DNA of 64,000 nt from Sphingorhabdus sp. (GCF_041737645.1 NZ_JBGSRI010000036.1:7154-71153); one strand, 5' to 3'. Positions 1-11,381 are shown, counted from the first letter of the stretch. The notes: generated by a model from the letters alone, not told the origin. Made by a program: numbers and translations.

Positions 1-46
1 CCTGTAACTGCGCCACTTGGTCCACGCCGTATAAATTTGGGTCGGG

Positions 47-664
47 ATGTCATGGGCCACGACCTGTCGCCGATTGTTTGACGGCTGCGACCTTTGCCCT
101 TATCGATTTCAAATGCCTTATGAAGCGCCGGATCTGGCCACGTTAAACCTTGCCGAAATTGCCGATCTCGTTGCGGCACGCAAATTGCCCGCCGTCGAAA
201 GCTGGCAGCCAACGGACATTGGCGACAGCGAAATGCGGATAACTTCTGACGGGAAATGGTATCATCAGGGTGGAGAGATCAAGCGCCCTGCTATGGTACG
301 CGCTTTTTCCGGCTTGCTCAGACATGATGCCGACGGAACATACTGGTTGGTAACGCCGCATCAAAAATTGTCTATTCTGGTTGATGATGCGCCGTTCATG
401 GCCGTCGAAATGCAAAGCGAGGGTGAAGGCAAAGACCGCAAAATTGCATTTCGTTTGAACAGCGACGATTTAATCATGGCCGGTCCAAATAACCCTATCG
501 AGGTTCACAACGGCCTTCTTTACCTGCAGGTCCGGTCAGGTTTAACCGCAAAAATCGCGCGCCCGGTTTATTACGAGCTGGCCGATATTGCCCTGGAAGA
601 AAGCCCTGATGCTCCTGTCGTCTGGAGCAATGGTGTATCGTTTTCTATTGGTTCGTCTGAATGA
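47..664 (+). CDS. DUF1285 domain-containing protein
   Basis: 205-aa ORF with family-typical stretches (ITSDGKWYHQGGEIKRPAMVRAFSGLL; YWLVTPHQKLSILVDDAPF). ATGA stop/start overlap with the next gene. An alternative ATG lies at 113. Confidence 0.7.
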   Translation: MSWATTCRRLFDGCDLCPYRFQMPYEAPDLATLNLAEIADLVAARKLPAVESWQPTDIGDSEMRITSDGKWYHQGGEIKRPAMVRAFSGLLRHDADGTYWLVTPHQKLSILVDDAPFMAVEMQSEGEGKDRKIAFRLNSDDLIMAGPNNPIEVHNGLLYLQVRSGLTAKIARPVYYELADIALEESPDAPVVWSNGVSFSIGSSE

Positions 665-1233
665 GCTGGATCGAGCACATCACGGCTGCACTTGACCCTT
701 CGCGCCGCATTGATGTCGAGGATGAGCGCAGCCTTGGCGAGGTCACCCATCGTCCTGCCGCCGTGCTCATTCCAATAACCGAACGCGCGGAACCCGGTGT
801 AATCCTGACGCAAAGACCCGACTGGTTGCGCAGTCACGCAGGGCAAGTCGCGTTTCCGGGCGGTAAAATTGACGATACCGACGCCGACGAAGTTTTCGCC
901 GCATTACGTGAGGCGCATGAAGAATTGAGCATCAATCCCGTTGATGTGAAAGTCATCGGCGTTGCGGACACCTATTACTCCGGAAGCGGATATCGCATCG
1001 CACCCGTCGTCGGAATCATTCCGCCGGACCTTCCACTATTGGCAAACCCGGACGAGGTCCAAGACTGGTTCGAGGTTCCTCTGTCCTTCTTGCTTGACCC
1101 TGCCAATGCGATGAAGAAAGAAGCGAACTGGAATGGGGAATTGCGGACCTATTATGATATGCAATGGCATGACCGCCGAATCTGGGGCGTTACCGCCGGA
1201 ATCATTGCAAATTTGGTGCGGCGTCTGACATGA
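661..1233 (+). CDS. CoA pyrophosphatase (Nudix hydrolase)
   Basis: Nudix box GGKIDDTDADEVFAALREAHEELSI is preceded by the CoA-pyrophosphatase-type signature LTQRPDWLRSHAGQVAFPGG. Translationally coupled on both sides (ATGA overlaps). Confidence 0.8.
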   Translation: MSWIEHITAALDPSRRIDVEDERSLGEVTHRPAAVLIPITERAEPGVILTQRPDWLRSHAGQVAFPGGKIDDTDADEVFAALREAHEELSINPVDVKVIGVADTYYSGSGYRIAPVVGIIPPDLPLLANPDEVQDWFEVPLSFLLDPANAMKKEANWNGELRTYYDMQWHDRRIWGVTAGIIANLVRRLT

Positions 1234-2456
1234 CGTCAACGGTTGCTGATACCGAATGGTTTCGTGCCGATAGCTTGCGCCACGTTGTCGACGCACTGCG
1301 TGATGAACATGGCGGCCCTCGCATAGTCGGTGGCGCGGTTCGGGATACTTTACTCGGTGTTTCCGTGACTGACATCGATCTGGCGACCCCGTTGATTCCG
1401 ACCACTGTAGTCGACCGGCTTGAAGCTGCGCGCATCAAGGCTGTGCCCACCGGTATTGATCATGGCACCGTGACCGCAGTTGTTGATGGCAAAAACTATG
1501 AAATCACAACTTTACGACGCGATGTTACGACAGATGGCCGGCGTGCAACGGTCGCATTTTCAACCGATTGGCGCGAGGATGCGGCACGACGCGATTTTAC
1601 CATAAACGCCCTTTATGCCGACGCGGAAAGTGGTGAAATTTTCGACTATTTTAACGGTCAAACAGATCTCAAGGCGGGAATCCTGCGTTTCATTGGCGAT
1701 GCAAACCAGCGGATTGCCGAGGATTATCTCAGAATATTGCGCTATTTCCGGTTTCTCGCCCGTTACGGCAATGGCTATGTCGATCCTACAGCTGTGATTG
1801 CGTGTAAAAACGGGGCGCATGGTTTAACGGCGCTATCGCGTGAGCGGATTGCACAGGAACTGACACGGTTGATGGTGCTGCCCGATCCGGTACTTGCTGT
1901 GCAGTTGATGGCCGATAACGGAATATTCGCGCCGTTTCTGCCGGAACTCAAAGACGATGCCCCGAAACATTTGGCGCAGCTTTCAAAACGCGAAAACGTG
2001 CATGGCCAGAAAATTTCACTGCCTGCACGGTTGTTGACGCTGGTGCCACGCGACGCGAATGTCGTGGACCGTGTTGCGGCACGTCTGAAACTTTCCAATC
2101 GGCTGCGGGAGCATTTGGCCAAGAGGGTGAGTGACCCTGACCCCGATATATTGAATATCAGGGAAATCGCCTATCGTAACGGCATTCAATGCGCCACGGA
2201 TGCGGTGATGCTTTACACCGACAACGCAACCTTGCCAGAGTGCCTTACAAAGCTGAAAGATTGGACTATTCCGGGTTTTGGAATAAAAGGGGGCGACTTG
2301 ATTGCGCTAGGGCTGCCGATTGGCAATGTCGTGGCAAAGACCTTGGTATCCGTCGAAGCAAAATGGGTCGCCGAAGATTTCCCCCCGCGCACCCGTCAAA
2401 TGGAAATCGCGCGTCAGCTTGTCGGAACGCTTCTGTCCGCATCCAAAAAGGCATAA
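1230..2456 (+). CDS. cca: CCA-adding tRNA nucleotidyltransferase / poly(A) polymerase family protein
   Basis: N-terminal GGAVRDTLLGVSVTDIDLAT and RRDFTINALY motifs of the PolyA_pol head domain. 408 aa. Confidence 0.8.
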   Translation: MTSTVADTEWFRADSLRHVVDALRDEHGGPRIVGGAVRDTLLGVSVTDIDLATPLIPTTVVDRLEAARIKAVPTGIDHGTVTAVVDGKNYEITTLRRDVTTDGRRATVAFSTDWREDAARRDFTINALYADAESGEIFDYFNGQTDLKAGILRFIGDANQRIAEDYLRILRYFRFLARYGNGYVDPTAVIACKNGAHGLTALSRERIAQELTRLMVLPDPVLAVQLMADNGIFAPFLPELKDDAPKHLAQLSKRENVHGQKISLPARLLTLVPRDANVVDRVAARLKLSNRLREHLAKRVSDPDPDILNIREIAYRNGIQCATDAVMLYTDNATLPECLTKLKDWTIPGFGIKGGDLIALGLPIGNVVAKTLVSVEAKWVAEDFPPRTRQMEIARQLVGTLLSASKKA

Positions 2457-4153
2457 GCCGCCTCACCCGTCATTGGCCGGGCGAAATAATAACCCTGACC
2501 AACCGAGCAACCCAAGCGGCGCAAAACTTCTGATATTTCGCTGCTTTCGATTCCTTCGGCGGTTGTTTTCATGCCCAAGGCGCGGGCAAGTGACAGCACC
2601 GTGCGGACAATCGCACGCTTGTCCTTGTTGACCATCATTTCCGATACGAAACTGCGGTCGATTTTGAGCACGTCGATCGGCAATTGCTGCAAATAGGCCA
2701 AATTGGAATAACCTGTTCCAAAATCATCCATTGCCAAATTGGTGTCCAGCGCCTTCAGATTGTCGAGCAATTGCTTTGCGCCGATCGGATCGTTGATGAA
2801 CGCGCTTTCAGTAAGTTCAAGCGTCAGCCGGTTGCCCGGTATTTTTGCCCCCCGCAGGGCTTCTGCGACGGCTTCGACGACATTATCGCGTTGAATTTGT
2901 ACGGCAGACATATTGACCGAAATCCGGAAATCCTGTTCGCCGATCAGGCGGGAATCCCATAATGCGATGGTCTTGGCCGCCTCTTCCAGCGCCCACCGAC
3001 CCAAAGGAACAATCAGGCCGCTTTCTTCTGCGACGGGGATGAAATCAACAGGGGAAATGGCCCCGAGATCCGGATGATGCCAGCGTGCGAGGGCCTCGAA
3101 ACCGCTAAGCGACCCTGTGTCCAGATCGACCAAAGGTTGATAATGCAGTTCAAGTTCACCCATTTGCAAAGCCCGGCGTAAATCGGTTTCCATGCTGAAC
3201 CGACGACGGGCGGTATCAACCGTGCCCGGTGTATAAAGTTCGAAGGCCTTGGAATTTTTAGCCTTTTTCAGCGCGATCTGGGCATGACGCAGCGTGTCCA
3301 TTGGATCATCGCCGCCCACGGTGCCAATAGCAGCGGCCGCGGCGCAATCAACCTGGATTTCAAGGCTGGAAAGCTGGCACGGCGTTGCAAAGGCATCCAT
3401 CAACCGGTCTGCGATCCGCCGCACATCCGAACAATCATTGCCCAACTGAACAAACAAGGCAAATTCATTGCCCCCCAGCCTGCACAGGATTTCATTGCTT
3501 CGCGTTCGCGAGTTCAACCGGCGGGCAACGGTAATGATAAGTTCATCACCAACCATCGCGCCTGCGGATTCGTTTATGCGGCTAAATCGAGCTAGGTCGA
3601 TCAGGATGATCGCATAAGCTTGGTCCGACCCGCTATCTGATAGCGCTTCAATTCTTGCTTCGATTTCTTCTTCAAACCCTGTTCGGTTACAAAAACCGGT
3701 AAGGCTGTCGCTGAGCATTTCGCGGCGGAGATTGAGGCGGCTGGTTGCTTCTGCTGTGCGGTCGACCATAGACAACAAGATCATGGTCCCGTTCGCACCG
3801 AAACGCGCGATGCTGATTTCCAATTCCCGTTTGTTTACAGGGTCCGGCGATTGCCAACATTCAAAATGGGTATCTCTGCCGTTTTCCACCATATTAAATG
3901 CGCGGTCGGCCAGTGTTCCGAGATCCAGCCCCGCTTCCCGTTCAAAGCCGAGTGCCAGATCGTCGAATTTCGGGTTGCTCAGGACATATTCTACCCGATC
4001 ATCTTTCAACCGAAAAATCGCACCGGCAATCGGCAGCGACGCCAACCAGCCAAATTCGAGACGTGGATCAACCGGATTTAGCTGCGCAACCTTCGTCAGC
4101 TTGGCGCTGAAAGGGGATAACTCGGCAGTATCGCGTCGGATAATATGCTTCAT
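2414..4153 (-). CDS. GGDEF (degenerate, GGNEF) / EAL domain c-di-GMP phosphodiesterase-type protein
   Basis: GGNEF at residues 227-231 (nt 3461-3475). The EAL domain shows FEALARW, DDFGTGYSNLAYL, KIDRSF and EGIES motifs. There is an N-terminal sensory region with no obvious TM segment. Confidence 0.85.
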   Translation of the reverse strand: MKHIIRRDTAELSPFSAKLTKVAQLNPVDPRLEFGWLASLPIAGAIFRLKDDRVEYVLSNPKFDDLALGFEREAGLDLGTLADRAFNMVENGRDTHFECWQSPDPVNKRELEISIARFGANGTMILLSMVDRTAEATSRLNLRREMLSDSLTGFCNRTGFEEEIEARIEALSDSGSDQAYAIILIDLARFSRINESAGAMVGDELIITVARRLNSRTRSNEILCRLGGNEFALFVQLGNDCSDVRRIADRLMDAFATPCQLSSLEIQVDCAAAAAIGTVGGDDPMDTLRHAQIALKKAKNSKAFELYTPGTVDTARRRFSMETDLRRALQMGELELHYQPLVDLDTGSLSGFEALARWHHPDLGAISPVDFIPVAEESGLIVPLGRWALEEAAKTIALWDSRLIGEQDFRISVNMSAVQIQRDNVVEAVAEALRGAKIPGNRLTLELTESAFINDPIGAKQLLDNLKALDTNLAMDDFGTGYSNLAYLQQLPIDVLKIDRSFVSEMMVNKDKRAIVRTVLSLARALGMKTTAEGIESSEISEVLRRLGCSVGQGYYFARPMTGEAAYAFLDADRSVPTS

Positions 4154-4236
4154 TCCAACAATTCATAAGAGGAAGATGTAAAAAATAGTCTCTTAGATTT
4201 TGGTGGATATTTGGTTAATTTTCGACAAGCCGATTG

Positions 4237-6561
4237 TTAGTCAAACCGGTTATTACGCGGAAATCCTTGGGGAGGGAGTCTTCCCGCCGCCCCCCGCGCC
4301 ACGCGCCAGAGCGACATGTCATTCTCGGTCCGCATCCGCCCACTCTCGCCACCCATAGCCCAGCTCAGCCCTTCGCTCAGAAGGAAGCACATGGCGTCGG
4401 CAAGACCGCCATCTTTATACCGTTGCAGCGTCACACCCTGCCCCTTGGACATTTCCGGCACCTCGCTCAACGGGAAAACCACGAGCTTACGGTTTTCGCC
4501 GACGACAGCGAGATACTGGTCCTTCAGCACCGCTTCATCTTCGGTTTCAGGCGGCGCAGGTCGCACAACCTTCAACCGCACACCAGGTTTCAGCGTCACG
4601 ACGCCGCGTCCCTTGCGGGTCTCGGCAATGACGTCCGCCATTTTTGCGATAAAGCCTTTGCCTGTCGACGCCGCCAGCAACATCCGGCCATTGGCCGTTG
4701 CCGGAAAGACAGAAACAATGTCATTACCCGCTTCAATATCGATCATCGACCCGACGGGCTCACCAAAGCCGCGCGCGCCGGGCAATTTGTCGGCACCCAC
4801 TGTGTAGAAACGGCCATTTGCCGTGGCGATTAGTATCTTGTCCGTCGTCTGGGTATGGAATGCGAAGGCGAGGCTGTCGCCTTCCTTGAACTTATAGTCC
4901 GCTTTTGCCGACAAGTCCGCATGACCCTTCATGGCCTTGATCCAGCCCCTCTTCGACATAATGACCGTCACCGGTTCGCGCTCGACAAAGGCTTCGAGCG
5001 AAATTTCCCTCGCCTGTCCGGCTTCTTCCAACGACGTGCGACGCCGGCCCAATTCGGTGTCCTCGGAATAGCTTTTGCGTAAAGCCGCCAAATCCTTTTT
5101 AAGCCGCGTCTTTTGTCGCACTGGGCTTTCAATCAGCTTCACCAATTCTTCGCGTTCAGCCTGCAACTCGCCAAGTTCACGGCGAAGCTCCATTTCTTCA
5201 AGCCGACGCAGCGACCGCAGCCGCATGTTCAATATGGCTTCGGCCTGTCGGTCGTTGAGCTGGAATTCTTCCATCATCGTAGGTTTGGGTTCATCTTCGG
5301 TCCGGATGATCTCGATAATCCGGTCCAGATTGAGGAACGCGATGATATAGCCTGCAAGCAGTTCCAGACGGGCATCAATCTTGTCGAGGCGGTGCTGTGA
5401 CCGGCGTACCAATACTTCAAGCTGATGGTGCAGCCAGTGCCGAAGCACCTCACCAATGCCCATGACCCGCGGCGTACGCTCTGCATCCAGGACGTTGAGG
5501 TTCAGCGAGAAGCGGGTTTCCAGATCGGTCAGGCGGAACAGCGCGTTTTTCAGGTCATCCGGGTCGACATTGCGGCTTTTGGGAACCAAAACGATCCGGA
5601 TCAGTTCGTCACTTTCGTCGCGAATGTCCTCCAATATCGGCAATTTCTTGTCGGCAATCAGTTGGGCGATCTGCTCGATCAACTTGCCCTTTTGAACCTG
5701 GTAGGGAATTTCCGAGACCACAAGTTGCCATGTGCCGCCCGACTGTTTTTCAACGCCGGTTTGTTCCCAATTCCCCGCCTCGTCCCGCCCGGTCGAGAAC
5801 CGAGCCCGGACACGCATCGCGCCGCGACCGCTTGCATAGGCGGCGCTGATGACGTCCTTGCTGTCCACCAACAGGCCGCCCGTTGCAAAATCGGGGCCCT
5901 GCACGATGTTCATAATTTGCTCATGCGTGGCTGATGGTTCGTCAATCAACAGGGTCGCGGCATCAATGATTTCCGCTACATTGTGCGATGGAATGCTGGT
6001 CGCCATGCCCACGGCGATGCCACTTGCCCCGTTGGCTAGCAGATTGGGGAAAAGCCCCGGCATCACCTCGGGTTCTTCATCTTCCCCATTATAAGTTGGG
6101 CGGAAATCCGAGGCGTTTTCATCAAGACCATTCATCAACTCGATGGCGGTCTTGGTCAGGCGGGCCTCTGTATAGCGATAAGCCGCCGCATTATCGCCGT
6201 CGATATTGCCAAAATTTCCTTGCCCGTCGACCAGCGGATAACGGAGCGAAAAAGTCTGCGCGAGACGCACCATCGCGTCATAGACTGACTGGTCACCATG
6301 CGGATGATATTTACCGATAACGTCACCCACAACGCGGGCGCATTTCTTGTAGCCCTGCGACGGATCAAGTTTCAACAAACGCATCGCCCATAACAGGCGC
6401 CGGTGCACGGGTTTCAGGCCGTCGCGCAAATCCGGCAAAGACCGCGCGGTTATTGTCGACATCGCGTAAATCAGATAACGTTCCGACAAAGCAACATCAA
6501 AAGGCGCATCGACGATGGCGTCGAATGGATCTTCGGGTAATGTATCAACTATATCAGACAT
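4237..6561 (-). CDS. parC: DNA topoisomerase IV subunit A
   Basis: GKYHPHGD and the active-site [10 protein letters not shown] motif are present. The 774-aa length fits ParC rather than the longer GyrA. Confidence 0.8.
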   Translation of the reverse strand: MSDIVDTLPEDPFDAIVDAPFDVALSERYLIYAMSTITARSLPDLRDGLKPVHRRLLWAMRLLKLDPSQGYKKCARVVGDVIGKYHPHGDQSVYDAMVRLAQTFSLRYPLVDGQGNFGNIDGDNAAAYRYTEARLTKTAIELMNGLDENASDFRPTYNGEDEEPEVMPGLFPNLLANGASGIAVGMATSIPSHNVAEIIDAATLLIDEPSATHEQIMNIVQGPDFATGGLLVDSKDVISAAYASGRGAMRVRARFSTGRDEAGNWEQTGVEKQSGGTWQLVVSEIPYQVQKGKLIEQIAQLIADKKLPILEDIRDESDELIRIVLVPKSRNVDPDDLKNALFRLTDLETRFSLNLNVLDAERTPRVMGIGEVLRHWLHHQLEVLVRRSQHRLDKIDARLELLAGYIIAFLNLDRIIEIIRTEDEPKPTMMEEFQLNDRQAEAILNMRLRSLRRLEEMELRRELGELQAEREELVKLIESPVRQKTRLKKDLAALRKSYSEDTELGRRRTSLEEAGQAREISLEAFVEREPVTVIMSKRGWIKAMKGHADLSAKADYKFKEGDSLAFAFHTQTTDKILIATANGRFYTVGADKLPGARGFGEPVGSMIDIEAGNDIVSVFPATANGRMLLAASTGKGFIAKMADVIAETRKGRGVVTLKPGVRLKVVRPAPPETEDEAVLKDQYLAVVGENRKLVVFPLSEVPEMSKGQGVTLQRYKDGGLADAMCFLLSEGLSWAMGGESGRMRTENDMSLWRVARGAAGRLPPQGFPRNNRFD

Positions 6562-6687
6562 TGCAGCCCCGATAGCGGCGGTTACGCACAGCGCAAAGTG
6601 GCGAATTCAGCAATCCACAGATTTGTTATCAATCGCTTGCTCTGCTAACGGGGCCCCGACTCTGATATTCTGCTGAAAGCTGCGCCC

Positions 6688-7998
6688 ATGATCCCTCGTT
6701 ATTCCCGCCCCGCCATGACCAAAATCTGGGAGCCGGAGAACCGATTTCGAATCTGGTTTGAAATCGAGGCCCATGCCACGGATGCCCTTGCAGAATTGGG
6801 CGTAGTCCCGAAGTCCGCGGCGGAAGCATTGTGGGCGTGGTGGGCGACAAACCCGGCCATCGATGTGGCGGCAATTGACGCCATCGAAGCGGTTACCAAA
6901 CATGACGTTATAGCTTTCCTGACATGGGTTGCCGAACAGGTAGGCGACGAAGCGCGCTTCATGCATCAGGGTATGACATCCTCGGATGTGCTGGATACGT
7001 GCCTTGCCGTCCAGTTGACACAGGCGACGGACCTTCTTCTGGCGGATATGGACGCGCTGCTCGCCGCCCTGAAAACGCGGGCGCTGGAGCATAAATTCAC
7101 ACCGACCATTGGCCGAAGCCACGGTATCCACGCCGAACCGGTTACCTTCGGCCTGAAACTGGCTCAGGCTTATGCCGAATTTGCACGGGGACGTGAACGT
7201 CTGGTTGCCGCACGGGCCGAGATTGCAACTTGCGCGATATCGGGTGCCGTTGGAACATTTGCCAATATCGATCCGAAGGTCGAGGCCCACGTAGCCGCAA
7301 AGCTAGGCCTTTCGGTTGAACCGGTGTCCACACAGGTCATCCCCCGCGACCGGCATGCGATGTTCTTCGCGATACTGGGCGTCATCGCCTCGTCCATTGA
7401 ACGGCTCGCCGTCGAAATACGCCATCTGCAACGCACCGAAGTGCTGGAGGCAGAGGAATATTTTTCACCAGGGCAAAAAGGCAGCTCGGCCATGCCCCAC
7501 AAACGCAACCCTATCCTGACGGAAAATCTGACCGGCCTTGCCCGTATGGTTCGCAGTGCAGTGACCCCCGCGATGGAGAATGTGGCGCTTTGGCATGAGC
7601 GGGATATTTCGCACTCCTCGGTGGAACGCTATATCGGCCCCGATGCGACCATCACGCTGGATTTTGCCCTCGGTCGATTGACCGGTGTTGTCGAAAAACT
7701 GCTGGTTTATCCAGCGCGTATGCAGAAAAATCTAGACCGGATGGGCGGACTTGTTCATTCGCAGCGCGTTCTGCTCGCGCTCACACAAGCCGGTATAAGC
7801 CGCGAAGACAGCTATGCCATCGTCCAGCGCAACGCGATGAAAGTATGGGAATCCGATGGCGCATTGTCGCTTTTGGAACTGCTCAAAGCCGACCCCGACG
7901 TGGCGGCAAAAATGAGCGCTACCGAGATGGAAGACCGGTTTAATCTCGATTATCATTTCAAATATGTTGATACGATTTTTGATCGGGTGTTCGGTTAG
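6688..7998 (+). CDS. purB: adenylosuccinate lyase
   Basis: 436 aa with the fumarate-lyase signature GSSAMPHKRNP and a typical PurB N-terminus (RYSRPAMTKIW). Confidence 0.9.
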   Translation: MIPRYSRPAMTKIWEPENRFRIWFEIEAHATDALAELGVVPKSAAEALWAWWATNPAIDVAAIDAIEAVTKHDVIAFLTWVAEQVGDEARFMHQGMTSSDVLDTCLAVQLTQATDLLLADMDALLAALKTRALEHKFTPTIGRSHGIHAEPVTFGLKLAQAYAEFARGRERLVAARAEIATCAISGAVGTFANIDPKVEAHVAAKLGLSVEPVSTQVIPRDRHAMFFAILGVIASSIERLAVEIRHLQRTEVLEAEEYFSPGQKGSSAMPHKRNPILTENLTGLARMVRSAVTPAMENVALWHERDISHSSVERYIGPDATITLDFALGRLTGVVEKLLVYPARMQKNLDRMGGLVHSQRVLLALTQAGISREDSYAIVQRNAMKVWESDGALSLLELLKADPDVAAKMSATEMEDRFNLDYHFKYVDTIFDRVFG

Positions 7999-8061
7999 GT
8001 TATTCCCCCTACCCAAGCCGACAAACATTCCATAAGGTAGAGCAAAAGGAGCCTACCCCCC

Positions 8062-8364
8062 ATGCGATTTCTCAAAACACTAATCTGGGTAACCGCGATA
8101 GTGGGCCTGATCGTGTTTGCGATGAACAATTGGGTTCCGGTTTCGATCAGTCTTTGGGGCGGTATGCGTCTCGACACGAAATTGCCGGCTTTGGTAATTG
8201 CGGCCTTCTTTTTGGGCTTTTTTCCGCTTTATTTCATTCACCGAACGCTTTTATGGCGAATGAGGCGGCGCATTTTGACGCTGGAGGGAAATCAGCGGAC
8301 CATCACTCCGCCCCCGCAAACCGCCGCGCCCGGCCCTAGCTACGCTTCAGGAGATGCGATATGA
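8062..8364 (+). CDS. LapA-family (DUF1049) inner-membrane protein
   Basis: 100 aa with two predicted TM helices followed by a basic RRR stretch. ATGA overlap with pyrF. Confidence 0.6.
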   Translation: MRFLKTLIWVTAIVGLIVFAMNNWVPVSISLWGGMRLDTKLPALVIAAFFLGFFPLYFIHRTLLWRMRRRILTLEGNQRTITPPPQTAAPGPSYASGDAI

Positions 8365-9035
8365 GCAACCCGCTTTTTGTCGCTATTGACACACCCTATC
8401 TCGAAACTGCGCTGGAACTTACGCGCAAAATCAAGAACCATGTGGGCGGTGTTAAACTGGGCCTCGAATTTTTCTGCGCCAATGGTCATCATGGTGTGCA
8501 TGAAGTGCAAAAACTGGGGTTGCCCATCTTCCTTGACCTGAAATTGCATGACATTCCCAATACGGTTGCCAAGGCCATGCAGGCGATCCACGCACTTGAA
8601 CCAGCAATCGTTACCATCCACGCGGCCGGCGGTCGCGCGATGATGGAGGATGCAAAGGCAGCAGCAGGGGCGCATACCAAAGTTGTCGCCGTGACGGTAT
8701 TGACCAGCCTCGACGATCATGACTTGAACCGCGTCGGCGTGGCAGATAGCCCCGATGTTCAGGTCGCCCGCCTCGCCGCTTTGGCGCAAGAGGCCGGGCT
8801 GGACGGTATCGTGTGTTCCGGCCATGAAATAAAAGCGGTCAAGAAGCTCTGGAAAGACGGCTTTTTTGTCGTCCCAGGCCTGCGCGCTGAGGGTGGCCTT
8901 AGCGGTGACCAGAAACGTACGGTCACCCCGCGGCAGGCCCGCGACGATGGTGCCAGCATATTGGTGGTGGGCCGTCCGATTACCAAGGCTGAAAGCCCCG
9001 ATGACGCAGCGCGGGCTATCGTCGGGACGCTGTAA
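8361..9035 (+). CDS. pyrF: orotidine 5'-phosphate decarboxylase
   Basis: Motifs FLDLKLHDIPNT and ILVVGRPIT; 224 aa. Confidence 0.9.
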   Translation: MSNPLFVAIDTPYLETALELTRKIKNHVGGVKLGLEFFCANGHHGVHEVQKLGLPIFLDLKLHDIPNTVAKAMQAIHALEPAIVTIHAAGGRAMMEDAKAAAGAHTKVVAVTVLTSLDDHDLNRVGVADSPDVQVARLAALAQEAGLDGIVCSGHEIKAVKKLWKDGFFVVPGLRAEGGLSGDQKRTVTPRQARDDGASILVVGRPITKAESPDDAARAIVGTL

Positions 9036-9038
9036 GGA

Positions 9039-9509
9039 ATGACCGTAAGCTATCGGTGGGCCGATTCAGCCGATTATGATGTCCTCGGCGAAGTTATCTT
9101 TGACGCCGTTAGAAACGGCCCCAGCCTTTATGATGAAGCCCAGAGACACGCTTGGCTTTCAGCGCCAAAATCTGGACCTGATTGGCATCAACATTTGGCG
9201 GTACAATCAGTCGCTGTGGCCGAAACATGCGACACTATCGTGGGTCTGATGAGCCTTACACAGGATGGGTATCTAGATTTTGCTTTTATCCGACCGGCTT
9301 ATCAAGGCACCGGAATATTCAGAAAACTGTTTGCCATGATCTTCGAATTGGCCGTATCGCAGAGACATTCAAAGATTCTTGTCCATGCCAGCCTTATGGC
9401 CCAACCAGCATTCTCCGCGATGGGCTTTGAAAACCTAAAGAAGGAAACCGTAGATTTGAATGGGCAGGACCTTGATCGATTTGAAATGCAACTTTTTATC
9501 GTTCGATGA
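9039..9509 (+). CDS. GNAT family N-acetyltransferase
   Basis: 156 aa with an acetyl-CoA-binding-type motif (FIRPAYQGTGIFRKLF). ATGA overlap with trpF. Confidence 0.7.
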   Translation: MTVSYRWADSADYDVLGEVIFDAVRNGPSLYDEAQRHAWLSAPKSGPDWHQHLAVQSVAVAETCDTIVGLMSLTQDGYLDFAFIRPAYQGTGIFRKLFAMIFELAVSQRHSKILVHASLMAQPAFSAMGFENLKKETVDLNGQDLDRFEMQLFIVR

Positions 9510-10153
9510 GTAAGTTCACCCAAATCAAAATTTGCGGTCTTAATGACTCGGCGGGTGTTGATGCCGCAGCGCGGGCGGGGGCGACCCATATCGGGCTTAA
9601 TCTCTATGCCAAAAGCCCTCGCTACGTCCCGCTTGAACAAGCCGCCGCATTACGGATGCGGACGCCGGAGCAGGTGAAGGTTGTACTATTGCTCGTCAAT
9701 GCCGAGCCGGATTTTACCGCAAAAGCGATGGAAATCGTCAAGCCAGATGTCCTGCAATTTCACGGCGATGAAACACCCGAATGGCTGCGTATACAAAAAG
9801 ACGCGACGTCGGTTGAAATATGGAAAGCTCTTGGCATCAAGGATGCTGAAACCTTGAGGCAAAGTGCGCGTTTTGTCGGCGCAGTCGACCTGTTGCTGTT
9901 CGATGCCCCTGCTCAGGCGTTGCCCGGCGGAACCGGGATGCGGTTTGACTGGTCGCTTCTGGCCGATCACCGCCATGAACTGCCTTGGGCGTTGGCCGGT
10001 GGCTTGACATCTTCCAATGTAGCCGAAGCGCTCCGCCAGACGCGCGCACCAATGGTGGATACTTCTTCCGGCGTAGAATCTGCGCCGGGCATCAAGGATA
10101 TGGACAAGATTGCCCAGTTCTGCAAAGCGGTGCACGATTATGACAACAGCTGA
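9506..10153 (+). CDS. trpF: phosphoribosylanthranilate isomerase
   Basis: IKICGL N-terminus, LQFHGDE motif and GGL..SNV C-terminal motif. Lies upstream of trpB-trpA. Confidence 0.9.
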   Translation: MSKFTQIKICGLNDSAGVDAAARAGATHIGLNLYAKSPRYVPLEQAAALRMRTPEQVKVVLLLVNAEPDFTAKAMEIVKPDVLQFHGDETPEWLRIQKDATSVEIWKALGIKDAETLRQSARFVGAVDLLLFDAPAQALPGGTGMRFDWSLLADHRHELPWALAGGLTSSNVAEALRQTRAPMVDTSSGVESAPGIKDMDKIAQFCKAVHDYDNS

Positions 10154-11381
10154 CCCCACCCCAAATTCTTTCCGCAACCAACCCGACGAGCGCGGCCATT
10201 TTGGCCAGTTCGGTGGTCGTTACGTCGCCGAAACACTCATGCCACTCGTGCTGGATCTCGAACGCGAATACAGGCTGGCCAAAACCGATCCGGCTTTTCA
10301 GGCGCAATTCGACGATCTGCTCGAACATTATGTCGGGCGCCCTTCCCCACTATACTATGCAGAGCGACTGACCGAGGACGTACGCAAGACAGCACCGGAG
10401 GGCAAAGGCGCGCAAATCTGGTTCAAGCGCGATGAGCTTAACCACACCGGCGCACACAAGATCAACAATTGCATCGGACAGATTTTGCTCGCGATCCGCA
10501 TGGGCAAGACTCGCATCATCGCCGAAACCGGCGCGGGGCAGCACGGCGTTGCAACGGCAACCGTCTGTGCCCGCTTCGGCCTGCCCTGCTTCATCTACAT
10601 GGGCGCGAAAGACATTGAACGGCAGCAGCCCAACGTGTTTCGCATGCGCTTGCTTGGTGCAGAGGTTATTCCGGTAACCAGCGGCGCGGGCACGCTCAAA
10701 GACGCCATGAACGAGGGCCTGCGCGACTGGGTCGCCAATGTGCATGATACGTTCTACATCATCGGAACAGCCGCCGGTCCGCATCCTTACCCCGAACTTG
10801 TGCGCGATTTTCAAAGCGTGATCGGCAAAGAGGCCCGCGCCCAGATGCTCAGCCGGACTGGGCGTCTGCCCGATTTGCTGGTCGCCGCCATCGGAGGTGG
10901 ATCGAACGCCATCGGTCTGTTCCATCCCTTCCTCGACGACAAGGATGTGGCAATGCTGGGCGTCGAAGCCGCCGGACATGGTCTGGAAAAGGAACATGCT
11001 GCAAGTCTGGCTGGCGGACGCCCCGGCATTTTGCACGGTAACAAGACTTATTTGCTGCAGGACGAAGACGGCCAGATCGCCGAAGCGCATTCGATTTCGG
11101 CAGGGCTGGATTATCCCGGAATAGGACCGGAGCATAGCTGGCTAAAGGAAATCGGCCGCGTCCGCTATGACAGCGTGACCGATGTCGAGGCGCTTAACGC
11201 ATTTCAGTTGCTGTGCCGCACCGAAGGTATCATCCCTGCCCTCGAACCCGCCCACGCCATCGCTGCGGTGGAACGCGAGGCCAAGAAAATGGACCGCGAC
11301 CAGATTATCCTGGCGAATCTGTGTGGCCGTGGGGACAAGGATATCTTCACCGTTGCCGAGGCGTTGGGGACGGTGATTTGA
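10140..11381 (+). CDS. trpB: tryptophan synthase beta chain
   Basis: HTGAHKINN (PLP lysine) and GGGSNAIG motifs. I chose the ATG at 10140, which overlaps the trpF stop; the longest ORF starts at 10110. Confidence 0.95.
   Translation: MTTADPTPNSFRNQPDERGHFGQFGGRYVAETLMPLVLDLEREYRLAKTDPAFQAQFDDLLEHYVGRPSPLYYAERLTEDVRKTAPEGKGAQIWFKRDELNHTGAHKINNCIGQILLAIRMGKTRIIAETGAGQHGVATATVCARFGLPCFIYMGAKDIERQQPNVFRMRLLGAEVIPVTSGAGTLKDAMNEGLRDWVANVHDTFYIIGTAAGPHPYPELVRDFQSVIGKEARAQMLSRTGRLPDLLVAAIGGGSNAIGLFHPFLDDKDVAMLGVEAAGHGLEKEHAASLAGGRPGILHGNKTYLLQDEDGQIAEAHSISAGLDYPGIGPEHSWLKEIGRVRYDSVTDVEALNAFQLLCRTEGIIPALEPAHAIAAVEREAKKMDRDQIILANLCGRGDKDIFTVAEALGTVI

Noticed and set aside
6607-7290. 227-aa minus-strand ORF overlapping the purB 5' half.
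   Set aside because: It is antisense to purB with no motif support. It would also remove the parC/purB divergent promoter region.
10350-11135. 261-aa minus-strand ORF inside trpB.
   Set aside because: It is antisense to a clearly genuine trpB and shows no recognisable motifs. It is a shadow ORF.
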